DNA of 64,000 bases from an uncultured candidate division Zixibacteria bacterium (GTDB lineage: Bacteria > Zixibacteria > MSB-5A5 > GN15 > PGXB01), in the NCBI GenBank assembly GCA_963702205.1, contig OY969724.1, forward strand, positions 32,001 through 96,000. The letters run 5' to 3'. The position numbers and the translations under genes were made by a program. Below the pieces are notes generated by a model. That model ran no database searches, was not told the origin of the DNA, and saw nothing but the letters and a program-made list of their open reading frames with translations. Shown here in pieces: positions 41,648 to 53,082 of the stretch (its first letter is position 1; every line of letters starts with the position of its first letter).

Positions 41648-42574
41648 ATGAAGACAATTGTTACAGGCTCGATGGCATATGACAGGATTATGGAATTTCA
41701 GGACAGTTTTTCAGGGTATATACTCCCGGAAAAGATCGATAATCTGAATGTGTGTTTCACTGTAAACGGGATGAAGGAAAGATTTGGCGGTACGGCCGGA
41801 AATATTGCATACGCACTCAAACTTATGGGAGAGATCCCCGAAATATCCGCTGCCATAGGCCAGGATCATGCAAAGTATACAGGATGGCTCAAACAGAATG
41901 ATATTCCTGTTCATATGATCAGGGTAATGGAAGATGATTACACCGCATGTGCCTATATCACCACCGACCATAAAGGGAACCAGATAACAGTGTTCAACAC
42001 AGGGGCAATGAACAATTCCTCATGTCTTGATTTTGACACGCTTGATCCGAATGAAACCATTCTCATAGTATCTCCCGGCAACCTGGATGATATGGTAGAT
42101 TACCCGCGTCAATGCAAGGCAAAGGGTATAAGCTACATTTTTGATCCGGGCCAGCAGCTTCCTGTCATCCCGCCGGAGGATTTAATAAAATCCATTGAAG
42201 GATGTAAAATCCTGATATCAAATGAATATGAACTGGATATGATCATGACCATAACAGGGCTCGATAAGGACGCGCTCCTTACGCGTACGGAAACCATTAT
42301 CATGACCAGGGGAGAATCCGGTTCAAGGATCATCCTTTCAGGCGCGGAGACCGATATCCCGGCGGTAGAGGCAAAACGGGTTCTTGACCCCACAGGTGCG
42401 GGTGATGCTTACAGGGGCGGCCTTATCAGCGGGCTTGTAAGGGGCATGGATATTAAAAAGTCTGCAATCATGGGCAGTGTATGTGCTTCCTTTGCAGTGG
42501 AGTGCTATGGCACACAGGAGTACAGTTTTACCGGACAGGAATTCAATGAAAGGCTCGACCGGATTGCCGCTTGA
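41648..42574 (+). CDS. PfkB-family carbohydrate/nucleoside kinase (adenosine-kinase-like)
   Basis: GSMAYD, GGTAGNIA, NEYE, DPTGAGDAY. Confidence 0.9.
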   Translation: MKTIVTGSMAYDRIMEFQDSFSGYILPEKIDNLNVCFTVNGMKERFGGTAGNIAYALKLMGEIPEISAAIGQDHAKYTGWLKQNDIPVHMIRVMEDDYTACAYITTDHKGNQITVFNTGAMNNSSCLDFDTLDPNETILIVSPGNLDDMVDYPRQCKAKGISYIFDPGQQLPVIPPEDLIKSIEGCKILISNEYELDMIMTITGLDKDALLTRTETIIMTRGESGSRIILSGAETDIPAVEAKRVLDPTGAGDAYRGGLISGLVRGMDIKKSAIMGSVCASFAVECYGTQEYSFTGQEFNERLDRIAA

Positions 42575-42606
42575 TCACGGTATCTCATTATCAGGGGAAA
42601 CAAAAA

Positions 42607-43248
42607 ATGACGAAGATAAAAGAATGGGCAGAAGCGCTTAATATAAATACACAGGATATTTTACCGCCTTCGAAAGACAATAATGGCACTTATGCACGTA
42701 CGGCAGGGGAGGTCGCGGCCCGTACAGTAATCCTGCATTCAATAGTCGCAGCCGGTTCGGGGGTCGATCGGGGCTCCATTTCCCAATGGCTTAAGGATCA
42801 AAACCTGTGGGAGCATGCATCTCCGCATGAACAGGCAACCCTCCTTTCGCCAAGGGTGCTCAAAGAGGACCGGTCCGAGTTGCAATGGTTTCAGGAGTCT
42901 CAATGGGCCCTGTTGTGGACGATTCAAAAGGTAAAAAGCCTTGGCCTGCCTGTAAAAAACTGTGATAGCATCAGGCTCGTTGATGATATTATGCCCGTTC
43001 TTGGCGGCGACATGGATCAGTTTATTTCCACTGCCGAATTCAGGCCGGCGGCTGAGATTAACGCGGAAATCGATCGTGTAAACAGGATCTACTATTACGC
43101 CAGGAAGGCAGTAGACAGGGACGAAATGCCTGAAGGCCTGATATACGGGGTTATGTATCACCGGTATTATGCTTTCAGGTGGCTGACCAGTGATGAGCCA
43201 TGGGATGATGTTGACATTGATGCGGATGATCTGAATTTTGAGATGTAA
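42607..43248 (+). CDS. DUF4272-like hypothetical protein
   Basis: ESQWALLW and RYYAFRWL...WDDV patterns. Confidence 0.6.
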   Translation: MTKIKEWAEALNINTQDILPPSKDNNGTYARTAGEVAARTVILHSIVAAGSGVDRGSISQWLKDQNLWEHASPHEQATLLSPRVLKEDRSELQWFQESQWALLWTIQKVKSLGLPVKNCDSIRLVDDIMPVLGGDMDQFISTAEFRPAAEINAEIDRVNRIYYYARKAVDRDEMPEGLIYGVMYHRYYAFRWLTSDEPWDDVDIDADDLNFEM

Positions 43249-43282
43249 CCGGCCCTTCGCAAGGCCCGGGTGGAAAACTATA

Positions 43283-45925
43283 TCAGTTATCAAGTACCTG
43301 TCTTACTGTTTCGGCTACTGTATACAATGCAAGCGGTTTCATAATGAACCTCGATATACCCATCTCCATTGCCTTTTTTTCATCTATCATTTCGCTGTAA
43401 CCTGTGCAGAGGATGATCGGCATTTCGGGTCTTAATGCCTTTATCTTCTTAGCCAGATCGTAACCGGTCATTTTCGGCATGGTCATATCCGTAATAAGCA
43501 GGTCAAATCCGGAAGGATCCTTTTCAAATGTTTCAAAAATCTCAACAGGGTCGGTTCCTGCAGTTACATCGTATCCCAGTCTTTCAAACAGATGTGTCAG
43601 CATGGCAGTAATACTTTCTTCATCATCCGTAATAAGTATTTTTTCATTGCCCCGAAAAAGGGTATGTGATGATTCCTTTTTCTTTTCAGGTTGTTCACTG
43701 ACAACAGGAAATACTATTCTTACGGCTGTTCCCTTTCCTGGAGTGCTTTCAACCCGGATCCTGCCATTGTGTTCTGTTACAATTCCATGAACAACGGCCA
43801 GCCCCATGCCGCTGCCTTCACCCACACCTTTTGTTGTGAAGTACGGATCAAAGATGCGCCCTATGATACCGGGTGATATGCCGTGGCCCGTATCACTCAC
43901 CATTACTTCAATGTAATCGCCTTCGGAAAGTTCGTAATATTTTATCAGGGATTTGTCCTTTGTACCGAACCCTGTAACTGTAATATCCAGTGTACCGCCG
44001 GTTTCGCGCATGGCATGCGAGGCATTTGCGCAGAGATTAAGCATTACCTGGCTTATCTGTGTTGAATCTCCTATTATGGTTTCATTCATGTCAGGCAGTT
44101 TTAAGGAAATAGATATGGTCGAAGGAATAGTGGACCTGACCAGCTTGACAGATTCACCTATGATTTTATTGATACTGATGGGTGAAAATTTCTTATCGCT
44201 TTTCCGGCTGAAAACCAGTATCTGCTCAACCATTTTTTTGGCCCTGAAACAGGCAACTCTTATCTCTTCAACATATTCATCAACGGGCTCCCCGTCATCA
44301 AGGGATATCTTCGTCAACTCGGCATTACCCAGTATTATTCCCAGTATATTATTAAAATCATGGGCTATACCTCCTGCCAGTGTTCCTATGGACTCCATCT
44401 TCTGTGCCTGATGGAGTTTTGATTCCAGGTTTTTACTTTCTGTAATGTCATAGAACGCACCCTGAAGGAAACCTGGGTTTCCGCTTCCCGGATTTACCAT
44501 CCGGCATATGTCCCTTATCCATCTTATTCCGCCTTCCTTCCGGAGAATCCTGTATTCATTGTCTATCACATATTTGCTGGCAGCCTTAAGTCTTGAAATA
44601 TCCTCCATGACAGCATCAAGATCTTCCGGATGGATAAGGTCCCTTAAGGTCATCTTTCCGGCAAGTATCTCTTCCTCTTCATATCCCGAGATATCTTTTA
44701 CATATCCGTGTATCAGCAGGAATTCAAATGTGTTTTTATCGGCCTGATACGCAAGTCCGACAAAGTTTTGCAGAAATTGACGATATTTTTCTTCACTCTC
44801 AAGGAGAGAGGTTTCGGCTATTCTTCTTGCCGTAATATCCCTGAAATACCACACCCTCCCCAGAGATTTTTTATCACCGATTGCCATCGGAGAAGAATAG
44901 CATTCAAAAATGCTTCCATCCGCAAGATCCATCTCCTGAAAACCTCTGCCGGCCGGATTATCGTCAAACTGCCTGATCAGGGTGAGCAGCACATCCGGAT
45001 TACGCATTTTTTCCTTTGCCTTATAAAGCGCGCAATTACCTGACCCCAGATGCATTATTTCATCAGACAGCCCCCACATGCTCATAAACCGCCTGTTATA
45101 TGTCAGGATATCATCTTTGTTATCTACAATTATGATCCCGTCAAGGGAGGTTTCCTGCTGTGTCGATAATATTGTATTCAGGGTTTCCAGCTCATGTGTA
45201 TATTCATTTATTTTACCTAAAAGCTCGGTAAGCTTCATATCAACGAGGCGTATTTCACTGCTGACCATTTTGCCTCGACGTGCAACCGGTACTATTTCCT
45301 TGATATTACCTGCCGTTAATGATTCTGCGAGGAGATTGAGCGGTTTAAGCAGGAACAGCAGTATCAGCCAGCCTGCAAACAGCAGGGCTATGGTCCCCAG
45401 TGTAGCCAGTATAAAACTATTTTTTACTTTTTTTTCCAAATGCTGGAAGGAATATTTACTGCAGTGAAACCGGGCGATTCCTATCAGCTCTTTTGTCCGG
45501 GTTGAAAAAAGCGGTATTTCCACGTTATAAAAATCATCTTTTTCATTATCAACCTTTGTTTCCTGCCATCTGCTTATGTCAAGAGAACCGTCAGGAACGT
45601 CTAACGCGTCATAATCCATGATAAGTTCAACACCTGAGACAAAGGGAGTATCGGTTTTCGGATCCTTGAGCAGGAACAGGCTGTCAATTTCCTTTATTAC
45701 ACTATCTTTATTGAGTGATTTTTCTGACAGCAGGTTTGCAATGGAATTGCTCTGTGTCTGGGCAAGCGCCATTATATTTGACTTTATATCGGATTCGATG
45801 TGCGGACGCATAAAGAAAATCCAGTAGAAAACGATAGCCCCCTCTATGATAAATGCCAGCAGCACAAACATTAACGTGATCCGGCCTTTGAGGGAAGATG
45901 TGTATTTAAAAAATTTATTGTTCAT
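43283..45925 (-). CDS. Hybrid sensor histidine kinase (2 TM, PAS domains, HisKA, HATPase, receiver)
   Basis: AGGIAHDFNNIL, NLCANA, DTGHG, FDPYFTTK, GMGL, receiver ITDMTMP...KP. Confidence 0.93.
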   Translation of the reverse strand: MNNKFFKYTSSLKGRITLMFVLLAFIIEGAIVFYWIFFMRPHIESDIKSNIMALAQTQSNSIANLLSEKSLNKDSVIKEIDSLFLLKDPKTDTPFVSGVELIMDYDALDVPDGSLDISRWQETKVDNEKDDFYNVEIPLFSTRTKELIGIARFHCSKYSFQHLEKKVKNSFILATLGTIALLFAGWLILLFLLKPLNLLAESLTAGNIKEIVPVARRGKMVSSEIRLVDMKLTELLGKINEYTHELETLNTILSTQQETSLDGIIIVDNKDDILTYNRRFMSMWGLSDEIMHLGSGNCALYKAKEKMRNPDVLLTLIRQFDDNPAGRGFQEMDLADGSIFECYSSPMAIGDKKSLGRVWYFRDITARRIAETSLLESEEKYRQFLQNFVGLAYQADKNTFEFLLIHGYVKDISGYEEEEILAGKMTLRDLIHPEDLDAVMEDISRLKAASKYVIDNEYRILRKEGGIRWIRDICRMVNPGSGNPGFLQGAFYDITESKNLESKLHQAQKMESIGTLAGGIAHDFNNILGIILGNAELTKISLDDGEPVDEYVEEIRVACFRAKKMVEQILVFSRKSDKKFSPISINKIIGESVKLVRSTIPSTISISLKLPDMNETIIGDSTQISQVMLNLCANASHAMRETGGTLDITVTGFGTKDKSLIKYYELSEGDYIEVMVSDTGHGISPGIIGRIFDPYFTTKGVGEGSGMGLAVVHGIVTEHNGRIRVESTPGKGTAVRIVFPVVSEQPEKKKESSHTLFRGNEKILITDDEESITAMLTHLFERLGYDVTAGTDPVEIFETFEKDPSGFDLLITDMTMPKMTGYDLAKKIKALRPEMPIILCTGYSEMIDEKKAMEMGISRFIMKPLALYTVAETVRQVLDN

Positions 45926-46505
45926 AGACAACCGATACCCTCATGAAGAATTGCTTGATTTGTATGCCGGAGGATTTCATGGATGCCATGTTTATAAAGG
46001 GAAGGACCCTGTCACTTATATATAGTCCTCCCATAACGCCCTTTTCAACATCACCATTGAAAGGCGAAAAAAGGATGATGTGGTTATCTATTGCGTATTT
46101 AACAACATCGTTTAATTCATTTCCGAGAGGCTGTGTTATAAAAATGCCTGCGGGAGGATCTTCACTTAAGGAACTCATGTTAAGTTCGTTTGATATATCC
46201 ACGCGGATCGGTATCCCCCGGATCTTCTTCAGCCTCGTGAGTGTCCGGGACATCTCAAGTGCCTGGAATTTGTTATCAGTATATATAAGCACTAACCTGA
46301 GAAATCCGTCGCGTCCCTGTTTCTTTGTTATCTCCAGATCGGCAGTCAAAAGGCTGGGAAACAGATCAAGACCAGCCTTCAACCTGAGTTCATCCCGGTC
46401 AACCGCAGCGGAGGTATTGCACAACAGCAGTATTACTGCAATATCCATCAGGATAATGCTGAGGACAGATGATATTGTTCTTTTATTTTTTAAAAACTTC
46501 TTCAT
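45915..46505 (-). CDS. Periplasmic YfiR-like protein
   Basis: Signal peptide; sits between TonB receptor and kinase; FINMASMKSSGIQIK tail. Confidence 0.6.
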   Translation of the reverse strand: MKKFLKNKRTISSVLSIILMDIAVILLLCNTSAAVDRDELRLKAGLDLFPSLLTADLEITKKQGRDGFLRLVLIYTDNKFQALEMSRTLTRLKKIRGIPIRVDISNELNMSSLSEDPPAGIFITQPLGNELNDVVKYAIDNHIILFSPFNGDVEKGVMGGLYISDRVLPFINMASMKSSGIQIKQFFMRVSVVYEQ

Positions 46506-46519
46506 TTAATGGTCAATCG

Positions 46520-48634
46520 TTAGAAATCATAGCTGAATTTAGCCCACCACTCTCTTCCCGGCCCTGGATAGTCTTCGGGGTACAGGTTCGCCGGTGATGC
46601 ATAGTAGACTTTTTCATCAAGGATATTTTTGATGCCGGCCCTCAGGGTCAAGCCTTCCGTGAAAACGTTATACAGGCTGATTGTCGTATCCACTGTGTTA
46701 TAGGCTGATAATTTATCTCTTGTATCGATAACCTCCCTGTTGCGCTTTCCTACATAACCATACTGTACATTGACGGCCATGTCCCTGTTCGGCTCATATA
46801 TTATCCCCAGGTCTCCCAGCCATTCTGCTACATCTGGGATGGAGTCGCCCGTAAGGCTGTTTCTCGAATGAGAATATGAAAGATTACCGTCCAGCTTGAG
46901 CCTTGCTGTCAACTCGTATTCCATCTCTATTTCAGCACCGGAAATCTTTGTCGAACCCGTATTGGAGTAAGTCCCTTCTCCTGCACTTATCAGATCATCA
47001 AGGCTTGAATAAAAAAGGGTTATCTTACCCATCCTATAATCGTCACGGTAGAGATAGCTTAGTTCAAAAGTGTCCGTGATCTCGGGTTCGATCGCCGGAT
47101 TTCCGATCAGGTACGGATTATTCTTTGAATACAACTGGTTGAATGTAGGCGGGCAAAAGGCCCTGGCATACTGTGTCTTGAGTATATGGTTCCGGGTAAT
47201 CCGCCACACGGCGGCAATCCTCGGGGACAGCTCTGCCCCCACATCGCTGTAATGGTCGTACCTGAGACCTGCCGTGACGGTGACGGACTCACTGACATTA
47301 ATCTCATCCTGCAGGGTAAAATTAATGAGTTTCCTTTCCACGCCTTCATCCAGCCAGTTTTCATCGCCGGTGTATCTGGCTACATAGTCTGCAGGCGCAC
47401 TCGTAGAAGGGATATAATTTGTTTCATGCCATACATCATCTATTTCGGTTTGTGCAAAGGCCACCCCGAAGTTAACTAAATGCCTGCTCCATCCGGAATA
47501 TACAAGATCCAGCCCCCCGTCAAACCTGTTTTCCTGATAAAAAGGACTGGCCGCCATCCCGTTCGTGTATATGCCTGCGAAACCGGGGGGCTGCTGAAAA
47601 ACCAGGGCAGAACTGAACTGATGCTGAAAAAATCCCAGGTTATAATCAAACTTAAGGCCGCCTGACGCATCAATCTCCTGTTTTATCTGTCCGCCATAGT
47701 TCTTGAACCTGAATGCAATATTATTATGGGGCGGCGGAAGAGACCCGAGAAACCCGAAATAATCTCCCTGCCCCTCATCCAGATAGTATCCTGTGAAGGT
47801 AAATTTCTTCAGGGAAAACTCCATCACCGCGTTACTCACGTCCCTGGCTTCGTCAGCCGGACCGGGCGCATTGGATATGGAGCCCATGCCCAGGCCGTAG
47901 AGTTGATCCGGGCCTGTTATGACATTTGCTCCGTCTGTCTTGAAACCAGCGACATTAAGACTGAAATTTATTTCACGTTCGGGATCAGAGATTGAATACA
48001 GGACGCTTCCTCTATATGACGCATTCTGACCCAATCCCCCGCTGACCTCACTGCCTTTATTCCGGGTAATTACGTTTACAACACCGGTACTGGCAAATTC
48101 ACCATGAATAGCCGAACCGGGACCTCTTATTATTTCGATCCTGTCTATCTGCTCCACGGGCATGTCCAGGATAGGATAGGCCTTGCCCCACAGGGCAGAA
48201 TTCATGGATATCCCGTTCAACTCGAATTTCAGGTTGCCCGACGAGACAGTATTGCCTATTCCCCTTACAAGAACGTGCCGCAGGCCCATATTGTTGATGC
48301 CAATATCCATACCGGGGACAAGTTTAAGTGCTTCCCATACATTTGTAATACCGCGCACCTCAAGATCTTCACCGTGCAAAACAGTGACCATGCCCGGAAC
48401 AAAATCAACATTGAGCTTTGTCTTTGTGGCTATTTCTGTGTATTTGTCAATTATCTGAATGAGGTGCGCAAGATCCTCTTCATCTTCCGGATCTGCCGTC
48501 TGGTCTGCCGAAATTTCATTTTCTACACCCTTATTTATCAGTGTGTCCGAATAAGAAGGAGAATACCGGGCTATGAGGATAAGCAGAAAAACGATGCAGC
48601 TTATAACATGACTGACCGGCGTTCGTTTTCTCAT
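46520..48634 (-). CDS. TonB-dependent receptor
   Basis: Plug RIEIIRGPGSAIHG...GVVNVIT, AGLRYD, NILD, C-terminal YDF; start MRKRTP with GGAGG RBS. Confidence 0.92.
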   Translation of the reverse strand: MRKRTPVSHVISCIVFLLILIARYSPSYSDTLINKGVENEISADQTADPEDEEDLAHLIQIIDKYTEIATKTKLNVDFVPGMVTVLHGEDLEVRGITNVWEALKLVPGMDIGINNMGLRHVLVRGIGNTVSSGNLKFELNGISMNSALWGKAYPILDMPVEQIDRIEIIRGPGSAIHGEFASTGVVNVITRNKGSEVSGGLGQNASYRGSVLYSISDPEREINFSLNVAGFKTDGANVITGPDQLYGLGMGSISNAPGPADEARDVSNAVMEFSLKKFTFTGYYLDEGQGDYFGFLGSLPPPHNNIAFRFKNYGGQIKQEIDASGGLKFDYNLGFFQHQFSSALVFQQPPGFAGIYTNGMAASPFYQENRFDGGLDLVYSGWSRHLVNFGVAFAQTEIDDVWHETNYIPSTSAPADYVARYTGDENWLDEGVERKLINFTLQDEINVSESVTVTAGLRYDHYSDVGAELSPRIAAVWRITRNHILKTQYARAFCPPTFNQLYSKNNPYLIGNPAIEPEITDTFELSYLYRDDYRMGKITLFYSSLDDLISAGEGTYSNTGSTKISGAEIEMEYELTARLKLDGNLSYSHSRNSLTGDSIPDVAEWLGDLGIIYEPNRDMAVNVQYGYVGKRNREVIDTRDKLSAYNTVDTTISLYNVFTEGLTLRAGIKNILDEKVYYASPANLYPEDYPGPGREWWAKFSYDF

Positions 48635-48885
48635 TTGAATTCCTCCATATTTTCTGACTGCATATGCCAAAAAACAGGATATACCGTCAGAACTGGTAAA
48701 CGGAACTTCAACAGATGCAAACCGCCCAAAAAAGGTTGCACGGTTAACTACTTGATATAAGGCCTGAAATCCATATAAGATAAACAAAGGGGATCACTGG
48801 GCCTGCAAATGTTTATTGGCAATGCAACAATTTGAATCAAATATCAATAAATATGCAATATCCAGACCAGTAATCCTGTTGAAAT

Positions 48886-48909
48886 GCCCCCGTTTTTTCA
48901 GGCGGGGGC
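48886..48909 (-). terminator. Hairpin after tex
   Basis: GCCCCCG/CGGGGGC stem immediately after the stop codon. Confidence 0.55.
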
Positions 48910-48916
48910 GGTATTC

Positions 48917-51172
48917 CTAGAGAAGTTTTCGGAAGGGGTTGTTGAAGGGCTCGGGCCTTTTCTTCTCAGGGCGTTTTCTGTCATTTTTTCGGGGGGCGGT
49001 TTTTTTTATGCCGCGGTCGGAATCGATATTCTGTTCAGGATTTTCCTTCATGGACAGGGATATCCTCTTCCTTTCCAGATCAACCTCGATGACAGTGACC
49101 CTGACCCGCTGATTGACCTTTACCACAGTATTGGGGTCCTTTACAAAACGGTCGGCAAGCTGGCTTACGTGCACGAGTCCATCCTGGTGGACACCTATGT
49201 CAACGAAGGCGCCAAAGGCGGTTACATTGGTAACAATCCCAGGAAGCCTCATGCCGGGCTTTACGTCTTCTATTTTTTCCACACCGTCCGTGAACTTGAA
49301 CAGTTCAAACTGTTTTCTGGGGTCCCTGCCCGGTTTGGCAAGCTCGTCCATAATATCTGTCAGCGTAGGCATACCTATTGTATCAGTGACATATCCGGAA
49401 AGATCGATCTTCTTTCTTATCTCCTCTTTACTTATGAGTTCGCCTATGGAGCAGTCCATATCAACAGCCATCGATTCCACAATATGGTATGCCTCGGGGT
49501 GCACTGCGCTCGCGTCCAGGGGATTCAGGCCGTTCCTTATCCTCAAAAAGCCTGCAGCCTGCTCAAAGGCCTTGGGCCCCAGCCTCGGCACATTTTTAAG
49601 GTCATCACGGCTCGCGAGCGGCCCTTTTTCATTCCTGTACTTTATAATATTTTTTGCAAGCTGAGGTCCCAGACCCGACACATATGCAAGGAGCTGTTCA
49701 CTCGCCGTATTTACCTCGACGCCGACCCTGTTTACGCAGCTTATTACAACATCGTCAAGCCCCTCCTTGAGGGCCTGCTGGTTTACGTCATGCTGATACT
49801 GGCCTACACCGATGGACTTGGGGTCTATCTTTACAAGCTCTGCCAGGGGGTCCATGAGTCTCCGGCCTATTGAGACAGATCCCCTGTAGGAGATATCCAG
49901 GTCAGGAAATTCCTGGCGCGCCACCTCGGATGCGGAATAAACCGATGCGCCGCTTTCGTTTACCATGGAGACGATTATTTCCGAGGGAAGTCCAAGGGTC
50001 CTTACAAAGGCCTCTGTCTCTCTTCCGGCAGTCCCGTTGCCTATGGCAATGGCCTCTACCTCATATCTCGCGCAAAGTGCCCTTACGATGTTCTCCGCAC
50101 TTGAAAGGGCTTCATTGGAGCCGAAGGGAAAGATGGTTTCATGGCATAGGAGCTGACCCTGGGCGTCCATGCAAACCACCTTGCAGCCAGTCCTTATTCC
50201 CGGGTCAATGGCCATTACCCTTTTCTGTCCCAGAAACGGCGCCAGCAGCAGTTCCCTCAGATTGTTCGAAAAAACCGAAATCGCGGTTTCATCCGCCTTT
50301 TTCTTTGTTTCCAGCCTTACCTCGGTTTCCATGGACATGGACAAAAGACGCCTGTAGCAGTCGTGTGCTGCCTCAAGGACCTGTTGCGAGGCAGGGCCTT
50401 CCCCCTTTACAAAGAGCCCCTCGATGATCCTGAGCGCGTCATCCTGCGGGGGGGTCACCTTCATGGTGATAAATCCTTCCTTCTCGCCCCTTCTCATGGC
50501 GAGTACCCTGTGGGACGGTGCGTCGGTTACAGGTTCCGACCACTCGAAATAATCCTTGTACTTGGCTCCTTCGGTCTCCTTCCCCTTGATGATGTTTGAC
50601 TGGAACACGCTCTTTTTCATGAAAAAGGCCCTCATGGCCTCCCTTGCCGCCTGATCCTCATTTATTTTTTCGGCTATAATATCCCTTGCCCCGGATAATG
50701 CATCTTCAATGGATTCAACGCCCTTTTCCGCATCGATATATTTTTCCGCCTCAATAGCAGGGTCTGTCCCGGCGAGCTGTTCCCATATGATGTCCGCCAG
50801 GGGTTCAAGGCCCTTTTCCTTTGCCATGGTCGCCTTGGTCCTTCTTTTGGGCTTAAATGGAAGATATATGTCTTCAAGTTCGGACATTGTCTGTGCCTTG
50901 ACTACCTTGTCTTCCAGCTCGGGCGTCAAAAGCTCCCTTTCCTTAAGGGACTCGAGTATGCTCTCCCTTCGTTTGTCCAGTTCCTTTAACTGCTCCAGCC
51001 TGTCCCTTATATTTATTATGGCGACTTCGTCCAGGGTGCCTGTCGCCTCTTTCCTGTACCTGGCAATAAAGGGCACTGTGGCCCCGTCTTCCAGAAGCCT
51101 GGCAACGGCATCTATCTGCTGTAATTTAAGACCAAGTTCCTCTGCAATCTTCATCCCATGTTCAATGCTCAT
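48917..51172 (-). CDS. tex: Tex-family transcription accessory protein
   Basis: TVPFIARYRKE, DPGIRTGCK, SIGVGQYQHDV, C-terminal S1 domain. Confidence 0.95.
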   Translation of the reverse strand: MSIEHGMKIAEELGLKLQQIDAVARLLEDGATVPFIARYRKEATGTLDEVAIINIRDRLEQLKELDKRRESILESLKERELLTPELEDKVVKAQTMSELEDIYLPFKPKRRTKATMAKEKGLEPLADIIWEQLAGTDPAIEAEKYIDAEKGVESIEDALSGARDIIAEKINEDQAAREAMRAFFMKKSVFQSNIIKGKETEGAKYKDYFEWSEPVTDAPSHRVLAMRRGEKEGFITMKVTPPQDDALRIIEGLFVKGEGPASQQVLEAAHDCYRRLLSMSMETEVRLETKKKADETAISVFSNNLRELLLAPFLGQKRVMAIDPGIRTGCKVVCMDAQGQLLCHETIFPFGSNEALSSAENIVRALCARYEVEAIAIGNGTAGRETEAFVRTLGLPSEIIVSMVNESGASVYSASEVARQEFPDLDISYRGSVSIGRRLMDPLAELVKIDPKSIGVGQYQHDVNQQALKEGLDDVVISCVNRVGVEVNTASEQLLAYVSGLGPQLAKNIIKYRNEKGPLASRDDLKNVPRLGPKAFEQAAGFLRIRNGLNPLDASAVHPEAYHIVESMAVDMDCSIGELISKEEIRKKIDLSGYVTDTIGMPTLTDIMDELAKPGRDPRKQFELFKFTDGVEKIEDVKPGMRLPGIVTNVTAFGAFVDIGVHQDGLVHVSQLADRFVKDPNTVVKVNQRVRVTVIEVDLERKRISLSMKENPEQNIDSDRGIKKTAPRKNDRKRPEKKRPEPFNNPFRKLL

Positions 51173-51183
51173 TCTTTCCCCTT

Positions 51184-52774
51184 TTAAGAATCATATTCTA
51201 TTGTCTTGTCAAATACTACGTCCGGATAATCTTTCATTGCCTTTTCAAGGTGCCATTCACTCGGGGCAAGGAAGGTCAATTGTCCTTCGGCGTTCAAAGC
51301 CAGGTTGCGTGAATTGTCATGTTCAAATCGCTTCATCTGTGCGGGATTATCCGAGCTTACCCATCTTGCGGTAACAAACCTTGATGGCTCGTAAACGGTT
51401 TCGGCGCCATACTCACTAAGGAGGCGCGCGGAAGTGACCTCAAACTGGAGCACCCCGACAGCGCCAAGGATATATTCGCTGCTGTTGACCGGCCTGAATA
51501 CCTGTATTGCTCCCTCTTCGGCCAGGTGCAGCAGGCCCTTTGCAAGCTGCTTTGTCTTCATGGGGTTTTTAATCCTGATCACCCTGAAGTGCTGGGGCGC
51601 AAAACTGGGGATACCTGTAAACCTCAGGGGCTCTTTTTCCGTGAATGTATCCCCTATCTTTATGGTGCCGTGATTGTGTATGCCTATGATATCACCGGGA
51701 TAGGCCTCTTCGACATTTTCCCTGTCCTGGGCCATGAGGATAGTGGCGTTGCCCAGGGAAATCTCTCTTCCTATCCTGTGATGCATGGCCTTCATTCCCC
51801 TGGTGAATTTCCCCGAACATACCCGCAGGAATGCTATCCTGTCTCGATGGGCCGGGTCCATGTTTGCCTGAATCTTGAATACAAACCCCGAAAATGCCTC
51901 CTCATAGGGAGAAACCTCTCTTGTGGCGGTCATCCGCGGGTAGGGCGGCGGTGCCATTTCAACAAAGGCGTTCAACAGCTCTCTGACGCCAAAGTTATTG
52001 ATAGCGCTCCCGAAAAAAAACAGGTGTCTGGGAACCGATCAGGTAGTGCTGGAGTTCAAACGGGTTGGCAGCGCCTTCAAGCAGTTCCACATCCTCACGG
52101 ACCTGCCTTGCCTGGCTTCCAAGCAGTTCATCGATCCGGGTGTCTCCAAGATCCTTTATGGTTATGCCGTCTGTCAAACGGGTTACACCGCCGGCCTTAA
52201 AAAGATGCAGTTCCTTTTTATAGAGATTATATACCCCCCTGAAGGATTTGCCCATGCCTATGGGCCATGAAAGAGGTGTGCATTCCACCTGGAGCTTGTC
52301 TTCTATATCGGCCATGATATTGAGCGGATACATGCCGTCCCTGTCGAGCTTGTTGATAAAGGTCATGATGGGGGTATTGCGCATGCGGCATACCTCCATG
52401 AGTTTTTCGGTCTGGGGTTCAACACCCTTTGCGCTGTCTATGACCATCATGGCGCTGTCAACAGCAGTCAACACCCTGTAGGTATCCTCTGAAAAGTCCT
52501 GGTGCCCGGGGGTATCAAGGAGATTGATCTCAAAATCCCTGTAACAGAACTTCATGGCCGAGGCAGTCACTGAAATACCTCTTTCCTGCTCTATGGCCAT
52601 CCAGTCGCTGGTGGCATGCCTCGCCGCCTTTCTGGCCTTTACCGCGCCTGCCTGCTGTATTGCGCCGCCAAAAAGGAGGAGCTTTTCAGTCAGTGTTGTT
52701 TTGCCGGCGTCCGGGTGACTGATAATCCCGAAATTTCTCCGCCGGTCCACCTCTTTTTTATGCTGCTTGTTCAA
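51184..52774 (-). CDS. prfC: Peptide chain release factor 3, frameshifted at A8 run 52013-52020
   Basis: [23 protein letters not shown]; removing one base restores [24 protein letters not shown]. Confidence 0.95.
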
Positions 52775-53033
52775 AATAAAATCCTCTTTTATCCATTATA
52801 TAAAAAACCGGACTCAAAGGTGCCCGGTTTTTAAAGCCGGGTTATTATATTCATATATGAGAAAAGGTCAATGGAAGGTTGATAATTTAGGGAAAAGCGG
52901 AGCTGGCGGATCAGTTCCCAAGTAAAATATTGACTTTCTCTTTCATTTGTTGCAGTTTATAATCTGTGTGTTAAGTAATGTTGACTTGAAAAATTCTCTG
53001 TCATCTTGTGAGGCAGGGCAGGGAGCATAAGAA

Positions 53034-53071
53034 CTCCCCTCCCCTTTGTGGGAGGGGCTGGGGGAGGGGGG
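53034..53071. repeat. REP-like G/C-rich hairpin
   Basis: CTCCCCTCCC-CTTTGT-GGGAGGGG...GGGGAGGGG; related inverse fragment near 54020-54041. Confidence 0.55.
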
Positions 53072-53082
53072 AAAGAAAATAA

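Noticed and set aside
48884..49873. 329-aa antisense ORF over tex, and similar antisense ORFs such as 21622-22500
   Set aside because: They lie opposite well-supported genes and show no motifs of their own.
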